DNA of 40,841 bases from Bacteroidota bacterium (GTDB taxonomy: Bacteria; Bacteroidota; Bacteroidia; Bacteroidales; F082), in the NCBI GenBank assembly GCA_003648625.1, contig QMPO01000001.1, forward strand, positions 1 through 40,841, read 5' to 3'. This document shows, one piece after another, positions 26,426-35,957 of the stretch (position 1 is its first letter; every line of letters starts with the position of its first letter). The notes beneath the pieces are model-generated. The model was not told the DNA's origin. It saw only the letters and a program-made list of their open reading frames with translations, and made no database searches. A program made the position numbers and the translations under genes.

Positions 26426-26448
26426 ATATAGTTTAAAGATGTATCATC

Positions 26449-29400
26449 TTATTGAACAATGAGCTTTTTAACCGCACGTTTGCCGTCTTCGCCCATAATG
26501 TTTACGAAGTAGACTCCTCTTGAGAGACCACTCATGTTGAACTGTACCAGTCCGCTTGCACGGAAGCTGTCTTGTACCTGAACAATAACTCTTCCCTGAA
26601 TATCAGTTACCATTACCTGAACATCACCTTTGAATGTTTCACCTATTGATTTGAGGTTTACATATCCATTGGTTGGGTTCGGGAACAATAAGATGTCAGC
26701 ATTGTATAAAACATTATTCTCACTGATACTGTTAGCAAAGAAGTATGGACCACCAGCTAATTGTAAATCACCAAGATCGCCGGTATTGTTCCAGTTATCA
26801 CCTGTTCCGTACCAAACTGTCTGGTAATCCCTGCCCTGATCCAGATCATTGTCGTTGTTGCCAAGGCTCCATCCCATGACACGTCCTTTACCTGGTGCAA
26901 AATTGAAGTTATCCCATCCAAGACGGATTTCAACCGCATAACCATCATCTGTATTCAACCATTGAGAGTTATAGTTTGTAATAGGTACTCCATCTGCTTT
27001 AATCCACAAGAGGTCGGTTCCATTAGCGCCATCAGCATTATTGCTAACCACATCCATTATTAATTGCGTGTCAAAATCGCCATCATAAGTACCGTCTTTG
27101 TCATTGTTACCGTCAATGTACATTTCAATAGCATCATTATCCCAGGGGTTGCCAACAGATGCAAGATTAACAACTCCATCAACAACATTAGCTCCGATGT
27201 ACAAGTTAAACTCATCCCATTTAGCACCCCATGTAACTGTATTGTTATTCGGGCCTGTGCCAACAACAACGCCATCACTACCATATGCCAGGTCGTACTC
27301 ACTTAAATCACCATCAATCGCCGGTGGTGTTTCCGTATATTGTGCCTGAGCAAGTCCTTCTTCAGGAACTGTTCCATCAGCGTTGAAATTGTACTCGCCT
27401 GTAATACAATCAAATGAAACTCTGTACCTGTTAGCCGTTGCCGGAACCATTGGTCCGCCAATAACAGCTGTTCCTGTCGGGAAATCGGCAGCGCCCCACT
27501 CAACTGTTGATTGACCATCTTTTCTGAATACAACATCCTGTGCATCGAAAAACTCATAAGTTCCCACATAATTTGTCGGCATATCCGTCGGGTTTCTCAA
27601 AATAACATCACCAATTGTTGAGTTGTACACACTAATGCAACCGCATGATAATTCGCCAAAGGTCAAATCACCGAATGAAGATGTATTCGAAACATTTTCT
27701 AATCCACCATTCCACGCAAGTGTATAAGCTACACCTTCACCATCATCATCATAATAGAACAGGTCAAATCCCATTTGGTTTCCTTCTTCGGGAGTTACCC
27801 CCAGTTTATCCAAAGGAATGCCAATTTCTGCTGAATAACCATCAGCGGTAATCTGGAATCCCAGTAAAATATCAGAAGCGGTGAAGCCATCAGGTCCTTC
27901 CAGAATCTCAACACCGGTAGCACCAAATTTTGCTCGTAAATCATGACCATCATATACACCTCCTGACTTATCTCCATCAATAAACACCTCACCGGCATCG
28001 TCCACGTAAGGAACAGCATCCTTAACATCAACACCTACAAACAGGTAAGCTCCTTCGCGTGCATCAGGATTTTTATAAGTAACACCAAAATTAACTTCGT
28101 TTACATCATCATTTGCTTCACCATCAATAATACGCGAAATATTCTTGCTAATATCCCAGTCGGCTTCGTTTAATTTACCATCTACTGTTATGTCAAACAC
28201 TTTGGGGGCGATGACAGAATTACCCAAACGTGTAAAACAGAAATCACCCGATTTGCAGTTAAATGTAATATCGTATTTACCTCCGGGCACCTGGATCAAT
28301 TTAGTTACATCGTGCATGCCTGTACCACAAGGGAATGTACCTCCCCAGATATTATCGTTTCCAATAGGCTGTCCATCGGACATTTTAAAGAAAAGATTTG
28401 TTGCTGCCGTAAAATTGTACGATAAAGTAAACTCGCTCGGATAATCTGCATCACGTGCCATAAATGTTGGTGGCAGATCTTCATTTGCACCCCACTCGTT
28501 GAAATCACCTAATAACTCTATTTCAGTACAAACGTCATTGTTTGGAACAAAATTATATTCAAAGGTCAACGCGTTAAAAGTAACGTCATATGTTCCAGCC
28601 ACTAACGGGATGTTTGGTCCATTATCAGGATTACCAACACCACTTGGCCAGTCGCTGTTGCCCCAGGCTTGCGTCCAGTCTTTGTTCTCACGGAATTTCA
28701 CTTCTGAATCTTCGTACCATGAACGGGTAAGTTTCCATAACTGCGGATTAAGAGGGTCACGATGCATCATCACATCACCGTTCCAGTTATTAAAAGCGCC
28801 AATCATACTGATTGGACCACTGGTGAGCTGGAAAGTATATTGACAGGTTGTATCGTCTATCCAAGTAAACAAGACGAGGTAGTCAGTTGTAATTCCCGGA
28901 TCAGCTTCGTCATTTAGCGGCACCTGGATGTTCGGTCCGTTAACGGCTGTACCTGTTCCTGAAGGAAAATCTGACCCTCCCCAGCTTACAGTCCAATCGG
29001 CATCCTGACGGAATTTAACTTCTACTGTATCATTGCCATTATCATCGCTGTCAGCATTCAGGTGTAAAACCGCTCCCCACATGTTTGGGTTATCCGGCAA
29101 TCTGTACATTGGATAATCGGCGCTCCAGCCATTGAACTCGCCAATCATGGAAATGACTCCACTTGATTTCTGGAACGTATAATTGGCTGTAGTATCATTC
29201 AGCCATTCAAATGTTACAAAGTAACTGCCTTCAGGAGCTTTGATATTTGGCCCGCTATTTACAGCTACTCCGGAAGGAAAATCAGCACCTCCCCAGTTAT
29301 AAGTCCATTCAGCATTCTGCCGGAACTTAACCTCAACGGTATCGTCCGGGGTTTCAGTGATGTCTTTCAGCGTGATTCCTGTTGTCCATATATCAGGATC

Positions 29401-29847
29401 TGAAGCGTCACGAGTCATCTCATGATCGCCCGTCCACAGGTTAAATTCTCCTATCATACCAATGTTACCACTTGTTCTCTGAAAATTGTACGTAGCCGTT
29501 GAATCTGCCGGATTGAATTCAAACGTTACATAGTAGTTACCTTTAGGTGCCAGGACATTTGCCCCGCCCATTGTTGCTGTTCCTGATGGAAAATCAGCAG
29601 AGCCCCAGTTTACGGCCCAGTCGGCATCAAGCCTGAACTTAACCTCAACGGTATCATTCGGAGTTTCCGTAATATCAACTAAATTGATGTACGTTGACCA
29701 CATGTTCGGATTTTCCATGTCACGTGTCATGTTATGATCACCGTTCCATAGATTGAACTCGCCAATCATGCTGACTTGTCCCTGCTGACTTATTGCGTTC
29801 AGCGAAACAAAAACAGCCAAAATTACTAACAGTAAAATTCTCTTCAT
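26449..29847 (-). CDS. Non-catalytic multi-CBM surface/secreted protein: six starch-binding-like beta-sandwich repeats, two CBM9-like domains and a T9SS sorting domain
   Basis: It has a signal peptide. Five tandem ~100-aa repeats (aa 25-540) share the pattern IGEFNxW..D..M.RD...P..W....L......D.VEVKFR....W...WG..DFPSG....GPNI..P.G.Y.VTF.....YxFQ, and a sixth lies at aa ~745-825. Two CBM9-like regions are marked by DGKLNEADWD... and IDGDLSEYD...WDNDAIEMYIDGNNDKDG. The T9SS C-terminal domain reads LLFPNPTNGYVNL...GVYFVNI...KLIVQ. No glycoside hydrolase catalytic motif was recognised. Confidence 0.7.
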   Translation of the reverse strand: MKRILLLVILAVFVSLNAISQQGQVSMIGEFNLWNGDHNMTRDMENPNMWSTYINLVDITETPNDTVEVKFRLDADWAVNWGSADFPSGTATMGGANVLAPKGNYYVTFEFNPADSTATYNFQRTSGNIGMIGEFNLWTGDHEMTRDASDPDIWTTGITLKDITETPDDTVEVKFRQNAEWTYNWGGADFPSGVAVNSGPNIKAPEGSYFVTFEWLNDTTANYTFQKSSGVISMIGEFNGWSADYPMYRLPDNPNMWGAVLHLNADSDDNGNDTVEVKFRQDADWTVSWGGSDFPSGTGTAVNGPNIQVPLNDEADPGITTDYLVLFTWIDDTTCQYTFQLTSGPISMIGAFNNWNGDVMMHRDPLNPQLWKLTRSWYEDSEVKFRENKDWTQAWGNSDWPSGVGNPDNGPNIPLVAGTYDVTFNALTFEYNFVPNNDVCTEIELLGDFNEWGANEDLPPTFMARDADYPSEFTLSYNFTAATNLFFKMSDGQPIGNDNIWGGTFPCGTGMHDVTKLIQVPGGKYDITFNCKSGDFCFTRLGNSVIAPKVFDITVDGKLNEADWDISKNISRIIDGEANDDVNEVNFGVTYKNPDAREGAYLFVGVDVKDAVPYVDDAGEVFIDGDKSGGVYDGHDLRAKFGATGVEILEGPDGFTASDILLGFQITADGYSAEIGIPLDKLGVTPEEGNQMGFDLFYYDDDGEGVAYTLAWNGGLENVSNTSSFGDLTFGELSCGCISVYNSTIGDVILRNPTDMPTNYVGTYEFFDAQDVVFRKDGQSTVEWGAADFPTGTAVIGGPMVPATANRYRVSFDCITGEYNFNADGTVPEEGLAQAQYTETPPAIDGDLSEYDLAYGSDGVVVGTGPNNNTVTWGAKWDEFNLYIGANVVDGVVNLASVGNPWDNDAIEMYIDGNNDKDGTYDGDFDTQLIMDVVSNNADGANGTDLLWIKADGVPITNYNSQWLNTDDGYAVEIRLGWDNFNFAPGKGRVMGWSLGNNDNDLDQGRDYQTVWYGTGDNWNNTGDLGDLQLAGGPYFFANSISENNVLYNADILLFPNPTNGYVNLKSIGETFKGDVQVMVTDIQGRVIVQVQDSFRASGLVQFNMSGLSRGVYFVNIMGEDGKRAVKKLIVQ

Positions 29848-29954
29848 TTTTATTAAGTTTTAATGAATAATTAGGATATATTTTGTGCTAAGATAATGAA
29901 ATTTTAGCTTTTTGTCCAGCTTCACAAGGCAACCGGAGTGTTTTTATCCACCGG

Positions 29955-29987
29955 CAAATTTAAATTGCCTGAAACAATTGATGCAAA
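29955..29987 (-). promoter_or_regulatory. Candidate promoter of the multi-CBM gene: -7 TAAATTTG (29955-29962) and -33 TTTG (29984-29987), 21-bp spacer
   Basis: Both elements match the Bacteroidota consensus TTTG-N19-21-TAnnTTTG on the minus strand. The -33 element lies inside the palindrome at 29981-29996. Confidence 0.45.
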
Positions 29988-29996
29988 CGTTTGTGT
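29981..29996. promoter_or_regulatory. LacI-family-type palindromic operator (ATGCAAACGTTTGTGT)
   Basis: The core CAAACGTTTG (29984-29993) is a perfect 10-bp palindrome centred on CG, like PurR/CcpA-type boxes. It sits in the divergent region between the multi-CBM gene and susC, and a LacI-family regulator is encoded in the locus. Confidence 0.5.
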
Positions 29997-30163
29997 TAAA
30001 ATTTGTTAATTGATCTTTTTGCCTTACTGCCAGATCAGCACATAAAACAGTTACCAGCCAGTTTGTATGTGTATATTTTCATAACACATTGAATGTGTTT
30101 TTTTTAAAACTTCAATACCCATGCTAAACAACTTTAAAAAATATTGAATCAATATCTTTCTGC

Positions 30164-30177
30164 TGCAAGCACTTACA
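30164..30177. promoter_or_regulatory. Weaker LacI-like box (TGCAAGCACTTACA) at the -33 position of the susC promoter
   Basis: 10 of 14 positions are symmetric. The left half-site TGCAAGC resembles TGCAAAC of the strong box. It ends 20 nt upstream of the -7 box at 30198. Confidence 0.25.
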
Positions 30178-30197
30178 GTATCTATTCTTACGTGTAT

Positions 30198-30205
30198 TAT
30201 CTTTG
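30198..30205 (+). promoter_or_regulatory. Candidate -7 box (TATCTTTG) for susC-susD
   Basis: Exact TAnnTTTG match, 65 nt upstream of the ATG at 30270. Confidence 0.45.
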
Positions 30206-30269
30206 TATTTAATTTAGTAATTTCGTATCAAATCAAAATCATAAGTTAAGAAACCAAAAAACAACATTT

Positions 30270-33269
30270 ATGCTTAAAAAAATACGTTTTCTTAAAGTAT
30301 TCCTGTTGACATTCCTGCTTTTTGGCATTACCCAAATGTATGCGCAGGAAAAGACAATTACAGGAGTTGTTACAGATGCCGAAACCGGTGAAACGTTGAT
30401 TGGTGTTAACGTAACATGGGGCAGTGACATGGGGAAGGGCGCCGTTACGGATATCGATGGAAATTACCAGTTGATCGTACCCGACACATTGAGTGCTCTC
30501 CGGTTTTCTTATGTCGGATACACTCCGCAAATCATTCCGATCACTTCCGATGTAATTCATGTGGCTTTGCAGCCCGGCGAAGAGTTACAGGAGGTGGTTA
30601 TTGTGGGTTACGGCACGCAAAAAACAAAAGAAGTTACCAGTGCCATTGCGCGTGTGAAACCGGAAGATTTCAATCAGGGCAACATCAGCGATCCAATTCA
30701 GCTTATACAAGGAAGGGTTGCAGGGGTTTCCATATCGAAGCCCGGCGGTGATCCTAACCAGGACTTCAACGTAAGGATCAGAGGCCTTTCCACTTTTGGT
30801 TCGAACACACAACCACTGATCATTATTGACGGAGTACAGGGTACAACAGATTTATTAAACTCTCTTGACCCTGACGATGTTGCTTCTTTTGATGTGTTAA
30901 AAGATGCTTCGGCAGCTGCTATTTACGGAACAAAAGCCGCTTCGGGAGTAATTATTATTACCACTAAAAAAGGAGAGTTTGTTCAGGGTGATAAGAAAAC
31001 CTTCAACCTGACATTTAACACTGCCCTCACTTCCGAATCGGTAGCAAGAAAACTGGACGTTTTATCGGCAGACGAGTATCTGCAGTTTTCAAATGCAACC
31101 AATTACAACAACGCTACCGACTGGATGGATGAAATCACACAGAAAGGATTCCAGCAGGCATATAACCTGGCAGCACAGGGAGCAACTAAAAATTCCAGTT
31201 ACAGAATATCTTTCAACTACAGAGGAGGTAACGGAGTTGTAAGATCAACCGGATATGAGCAACTGAACGGGCGGGTTAATTTTACCCAAAAAGGACTTAA
31301 TGACAAGCTTACTCTCGATTTCAATTTGTCGGGAACAACGAGGAAAGAAGATTATACACAGAGTGATGCGATGACTTTTGTAGCCCGGTATAATCCCACG
31401 GCACCGGTTATGGCGACAACAGACACTATAGATTCTTTCTCCCAGGAGTGGGGAGGATATTTCCAAAGGGAAGCATTCTCGTTTTATAATCCACGTGCTA
31501 TAATCGACCAGGGAACGCTTGACGGTAAGAAATCAAATATTGTGGGGAGTCTGAAAGCAACTCTTGAGCCAATTAAAGGATTGAAATTAAGTGGTTTCTA
31601 TTCTGTTACGCAGGGCAACGAATTGTTTGGCACCTATTGGAGTAAGAACGCCTACTGGACACCCTATGCTGTAGGAAGCCATAAAGGTTTTGCAAGAAAA
31701 GAAACAAAAGATCACTTTAACCAACTTTTTGAGATTATAGGTAGTTATGAGAAACGCTGGGAGAAGGTAGGATTTAGTGTTATGGGAGGTTACTCGTGGC
31801 AGGAAGCTATTGATGATGAATTCTGGGCTTATGGCGAAGGATTTCTATCTGACGGTTTCTCCTATAACAACTTAGGCTCTGCATCGGTAAACAAAGCCAA
31901 TAAAGAAACAATGAGCAGCTATAAAAAAAGAGCTACACTTATCGGCTTCTTCGCAAGAGCTTCATTTACTTTCTTGGATGGAATATATTTAACAGGTAGC
32001 TTCAGGAGAGACGGCTCAACAATGTTTGGTGAAAATAATAAATGGGGTAATTTCCCTGCCGTCAGTGCCGGCTTCGACCTGGCTAAGTTTGTAGATCTTG
32101 GATTCGTAAACCAGTTGAAATTCAGAGGAGGCTATGGTGTTACAGGAAACCTTCCTCCCGAACCCTATTTATCACAAGAGCGATTTAATGTTACCAACGA
32201 AATGTTCTTCTACAATGGAGAATACATTCAGGCATACGCTCCTGTACGAAATGCTAACCCAAACCTTAAATGGGAAACAAAAGCAGAAATAGATGTGGGT
32301 GTAGACTTTTATATGTTAAATTATAAAATCAGCGGATCTATCGATTATTATCAGAGTAAAAGTTCAGACCTGCTGTTGGAATATACAGTGCCGGTTCCGC
32401 CCAACGCTTCTGACAGGATGTGGATCAACCTGGGGGAGTTGAAAAACGCCGGGCTTGAGTTTGCTGTAAGCTGGAAAGTGTTCGAAAATAAAAAATGGGG
32501 GTGGACAACCAATTTCAATTTTTCAAAATACTTCGATACCAAACTGGCTAAAATTACAAGTGAATTTGTGGACTCAGATGCTACTATCTATCTGGGTGAT
32601 TTAGGAGCTCCTTTCTTTACGGGCATACAAACTATCCTGGTTGAAGAAGGTCAGCCAATAGGGCAAATTATTGCCCCTATATATGTGGGCATCGACTCAA
32701 CCGGTAAATTATTGTATCAGGTTTCAGCAGATACAATTGATGGAATTGGCACAAACCCTGATCAGTATGACGATTACCACACAGTAGGTAACGGGCTTCC
32801 TGACTTTGAGCTTGGTTGGGGAAATACTTTTTATATAGGAAATTTCAACATTAACTTTTTCCTGAGAGGTGTATTCGGCCATTCGCTACTCAACGTAAAC
32901 AATGCACGCTACGGGGTTCCGGTAGTTATGGGAATCCAGAGCGGTATGGCACAGGCCCTTGATTTTATTGATGCGACCAACGGCCCTGTTTATTCAAACG
33001 TACATGTTGAGAAGGCTGATTTTGTCTCGCTTGACAACTTTTCGCTGGGATATCGATTTGATTTCCCCAACAGCAATTATGTAAGTAATATGAACATTTA
33101 CATTTCAGGGCAGAATTTATTTACCATCACAGGTTATTCCGGAGTTTCTCCCGAAGTAAGATACGGCGATGCGTACAACAACAACAATCCGCTGGCACCG
33201 GGAATCGACAGAGAGAATACATATTTCAGAACCAAAAGCTTCACATTGGGAGCGAGTATATCATTTTAA
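30270..33269 (+). CDS. susC: SusC/RagA-family TonB-dependent outer membrane transporter
   Basis: 999 aa with an N-terminal CarboxypepD_reg-like domain. The SusC signature VVIVGYGTQKTKEVTSAI is present, followed by plug and barrel regions, and the C-terminus ends in F. A SusD gene follows immediately. Confidence 0.9.
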   Translation: MLKKIRFLKVFLLTFLLFGITQMYAQEKTITGVVTDAETGETLIGVNVTWGSDMGKGAVTDIDGNYQLIVPDTLSALRFSYVGYTPQIIPITSDVIHVALQPGEELQEVVIVGYGTQKTKEVTSAIARVKPEDFNQGNISDPIQLIQGRVAGVSISKPGGDPNQDFNVRIRGLSTFGSNTQPLIIIDGVQGTTDLLNSLDPDDVASFDVLKDASAAAIYGTKAASGVIIITTKKGEFVQGDKKTFNLTFNTALTSESVARKLDVLSADEYLQFSNATNYNNATDWMDEITQKGFQQAYNLAAQGATKNSSYRISFNYRGGNGVVRSTGYEQLNGRVNFTQKGLNDKLTLDFNLSGTTRKEDYTQSDAMTFVARYNPTAPVMATTDTIDSFSQEWGGYFQREAFSFYNPRAIIDQGTLDGKKSNIVGSLKATLEPIKGLKLSGFYSVTQGNELFGTYWSKNAYWTPYAVGSHKGFARKETKDHFNQLFEIIGSYEKRWEKVGFSVMGGYSWQEAIDDEFWAYGEGFLSDGFSYNNLGSASVNKANKETMSSYKKRATLIGFFARASFTFLDGIYLTGSFRRDGSTMFGENNKWGNFPAVSAGFDLAKFVDLGFVNQLKFRGGYGVTGNLPPEPYLSQERFNVTNEMFFYNGEYIQAYAPVRNANPNLKWETKAEIDVGVDFYMLNYKISGSIDYYQSKSSDLLLEYTVPVPPNASDRMWINLGELKNAGLEFAVSWKVFENKKWGWTTNFNFSKYFDTKLAKITSEFVDSDATIYLGDLGAPFFTGIQTILVEEGQPIGQIIAPIYVGIDSTGKLLYQVSADTIDGIGTNPDQYDDYHTVGNGLPDFELGWGNTFYIGNFNINFFLRGVFGHSLLNVNNARYGVPVVMGIQSGMAQALDFIDATNGPVYSNVHVEKADFVSLDNFSLGYRFDFPNSNYVSNMNIYISGQNLFTITGYSGVSPEVRYGDAYNNNNPLAPGIDRENTYFRTKSFTLGASISF

Positions 33270-33293
33270 CGACTATAAAAAACAAGATATATC

Positions 33294-34847
33294 ATGAAAA
33301 GATTATCAATTTCATTTAAAATAATGTTGGTTGCCTTACTGATTCTTGTGGTGGGCACCCAGCAATCGTGTACTAAACTTGAGGAACCTGTGTATTCGGA
33401 GCTTACCGGAGACAAGTTTTTCGAGAATCCTGATAATTTAATCTACGCTTTCGGTGTGGCTTATACAAACCTGTATCAGCTAATGGGACATAAGTATGGT
33501 ATTGGTTTCGATGCGGGAACTGACATTCTGGTTGTTCCCCAAAGAGGCGGCGACTGGTTCGATGGCGGAGAATGGATTCGCTGGCATCGGTTAGAATACC
33601 GACCGTCAGAAGCTTATGTTAGCAGATGGTGGAATATCATTTATTATGGAATTAACACATGTAACCGCCTTATATTTCAGTTTGAGGCCCTGGAAGAAGT
33701 AGACGTGACACCTGCCGTTTCAGAATTACGTGCTTTGCGGGCTTTGTATTATTACTGGCTGGTTGATATTTACGGAAACGTACCAATTCAAACAGATTTC
33801 AATGTACCTCCCGATTTCAAACCGAGTACCAAAACCCGGCAGGAAGTGTATGATTTTATTGAAGCAGAATTAAAAGAAGTAATGCCTCATCTCTCAAAAG
33901 AGACAGGCCTTGCCTATTTTGGCAGAATGAATTATTATGCTGCACAAATGGTTTTGGCAAAACTTTATCTGAATGCCGAAGTTTATACAGGAGTACCCCA
34001 ATGGGAGAAAGCATCGAAAGCCTGCGATTCAGTTATGACAGGGAACTTTAGCTTAACCGGCAATTTCTTTACAAATTTTGAAGAAGATGCAACTACTTCG
34101 CCTGAATATATTTTAGGCATTGCCTTCGACCAGGTAAATGCACCTGCCTTTGAAGTTCATCTTTTTACACTTCATTACAATCTGTCGAGTAAATATCAAT
34201 TTGAAGACAATTGCTGGAACGGGCTTTCCATTCAGGAATCTTTGTACAACTCATTTGAGGAACAAGACGTAAGAAGAAACGGGCTGTTGGCAGGATTTCA
34301 ATACTTTGACGATGGAACTCCTGTAGAAGACCCCAGTTACGAACAGTTCAATCCTAACGACCCGACGGCACCTATTGATCCGGACGGTGCGCCGCTGAAC
34401 CTGACTCCTGAGATAAACATGCTTGAGCCAAACTGTTTACGTCAGGCAGGAACAAGGGTAGCCAAATTCCCGTTTATTGTAGGCAGTGACAGGTATACAA
34501 GTAATGACTTTCCGATTTTCAGATATGCTGATGTTTTACTGATGAAAGCCGAAGCCTTAATGCGCTCGGGCGGTGACATAGGGTTGGCACTTAGTCTTGT
34601 GAACCAGGTAAGAGCTCGTGCCAATGCTACTCCTTTAACAGAGCTAACGTATGAAAATCTGCTGGCCGAACGTGGTCGCGAATTATATGCTGAAGGATTC
34701 AGACGTTCTGATATGATCCGGTTTGGCGTTCTTCTAAATACACGTTGGGAGAAGCCTGAGGTTTCACCTTCATATGTTACATTATGGCCTATTCCCGAAA
34801 GCCAGATCCAGGCAAATCCAAACCTGATACAGAACCCAGGGTATTAG
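33294..34847 (+). CDS. susD: SusD/RagB-family nutrient-binding outer membrane lipoprotein
   Basis: The lipobox reads GTQQSC. The SusD-like TPR core is present (RALRALYYYWLVDIYGNVP, LMKAEALMR, LLAERGRELYAEGFRRSDMIRF). Confidence 0.9.
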   Translation: MKRLSISFKIMLVALLILVVGTQQSCTKLEEPVYSELTGDKFFENPDNLIYAFGVAYTNLYQLMGHKYGIGFDAGTDILVVPQRGGDWFDGGEWIRWHRLEYRPSEAYVSRWWNIIYYGINTCNRLIFQFEALEEVDVTPAVSELRALRALYYYWLVDIYGNVPIQTDFNVPPDFKPSTKTRQEVYDFIEAELKEVMPHLSKETGLAYFGRMNYYAAQMVLAKLYLNAEVYTGVPQWEKASKACDSVMTGNFSLTGNFFTNFEEDATTSPEYILGIAFDQVNAPAFEVHLFTLHYNLSSKYQFEDNCWNGLSIQESLYNSFEEQDVRRNGLLAGFQYFDDGTPVEDPSYEQFNPNDPTAPIDPDGAPLNLTPEINMLEPNCLRQAGTRVAKFPFIVGSDRYTSNDFPIFRYADVLLMKAEALMRSGGDIGLALSLVNQVRARANATPLTELTYENLLAERGRELYAEGFRRSDMIRFGVLLNTRWEKPEVSPSYVTLWPIPESQIQANPNLIQNPGY

Positions 34848-34872
34848 AACAAAACAGGTACTTTTTTATATC

Positions 34873-34902
34873 AGAAAAGCAGGCCGGAAGGTCTGCTTTT
34901 CT
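34873..34902. terminator. Bidirectional terminator between susD and the LacI-family gene
   Basis: AGAAAAGCAGGCC-GGAA-GGTCTGCTTTTCT forms a 13-bp stem including one G.U pair, with T/A-rich tracts on both sides. Confidence 0.75.
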
Positions 34903-34925
34903 TTATTTAATAAATATATCTTTTA

Positions 34926-35933
34926 TCACGTGGTTCCCCGAACAACAACCTGTGTTTTCATCATCCGTCGTTCTACCTCATATTCAAATGTATTCAGTTT
35001 TATACGCGCAAGCAGTAATCCGGTAGCTTCTTTGCCAAGTTCAAATCCAAATTGATCAACTGTGGTAAGTTCCGGCTCGCAAATCCACGAACTCCTGCTG
35101 TTTTCAAAGCCTACAAACCGGATATCATCAGGTACGCGCAACCCAAGCTTTTTGGCTACTTTCATTGCTCCGATAGCTGTCAGATCATTCACAGCAAATA
35201 TGGCATCGGGTCTGTCGTGCTTTTTCAGGATGCTGCGGGATATTTTTTCTGCTTCATCAAATGTGTCGCACGAATAAACCAATTCAGGATTGTAGGTAAT
35301 CCCATGATCCTCTAAGGCGGCTTTATATCCTTCCAGTCTGTTTTTTCCAAGAACAAGATGTTCGGGCGCCGAATAAAAAGCAATCCGCCTGCTTCCTTTT
35401 GAAATCAGATGGGAAACCGCATGATAGGCACCGGAATAATCGTCAACAATCACACTGTCGGCGTGCAACTCTCCACGTTCACGGTCGAAAAACACCAGAG
35501 GAATTTCATTTTCAATAATTTGTTTGAAATGAGAAAAATCGTGGGTGTTTTTTGAAAACGAAGCCAGCACACCATCCACCCGGTTCGTTAGAAAGTTTTG
35601 TGCGATTAGCACTTCACGCATATATGATTCGTTTGACTGAAAAACCATAACGCTGAAATTGTTCTTATACGCTACTTCTTCAACACCATTTAAAACACTG
35701 GAAAAAAAATAGTGTTCCACTTCGGGAACCAAAACTCCAATGGTGTTTGTCCGGCTATGCTTCAGGTTTAAAGCAATCATGTTAGGTTTATAGCCCAGAA
35801 TATTTGCCAGTTCTTTTACCGCCTCTCGTGTTTTCACACTGATATCAGGATGGTCTTTCAAAGCGCGGGAAACAGTCGAAGTGGAGACTCCGAGTTTTCT
35901 GGCAATATCTTTAATGGTAACCTGATGCTTCAT
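34926..35933 (-). CDS. LacI-family transcriptional regulator
   Basis: The helix-turn-helix reads VTIKDIARKLGVSTSTVSRALKDHPDISVKTREAVKELANILGYKPN, followed by a periplasmic-binding-protein-like sugar-binding core. The ATG at 35933 was chosen because the track start (TTG at 35960) lies inside the -7 box. Confidence 0.9.
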   Translation of the reverse strand: MKHQVTIKDIARKLGVSTSTVSRALKDHPDISVKTREAVKELANILGYKPNMIALNLKHSRTNTIGVLVPEVEHYFFSSVLNGVEEVAYKNNFSVMVFQSNESYMREVLIAQNFLTNRVDGVLASFSKNTHDFSHFKQIIENEIPLVFFDRERGELHADSVIVDDYSGAYHAVSHLISKGSRRIAFYSAPEHLVLGKNRLEGYKAALEDHGITYNPELVYSCDTFDEAEKISRSILKKHDRPDAIFAVNDLTAIGAMKVAKKLGLRVPDDIRFVGFENSRSSWICEPELTTVDQFGFELGKEATGLLLARIKLNTFEYEVERRMMKTQVVVRGTT

Positions 35934-35957
35934 TAATCGGGTGTTCAAATGTGCGCA

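Noticed and set aside
30239-30560. Minus-strand ORFs 30239..30430 and 30246..30560, which overlap the susC start
   Set aside because: They overlap the strongly supported susC coding region and its promoter. They have no motifs and no promoter of their own.
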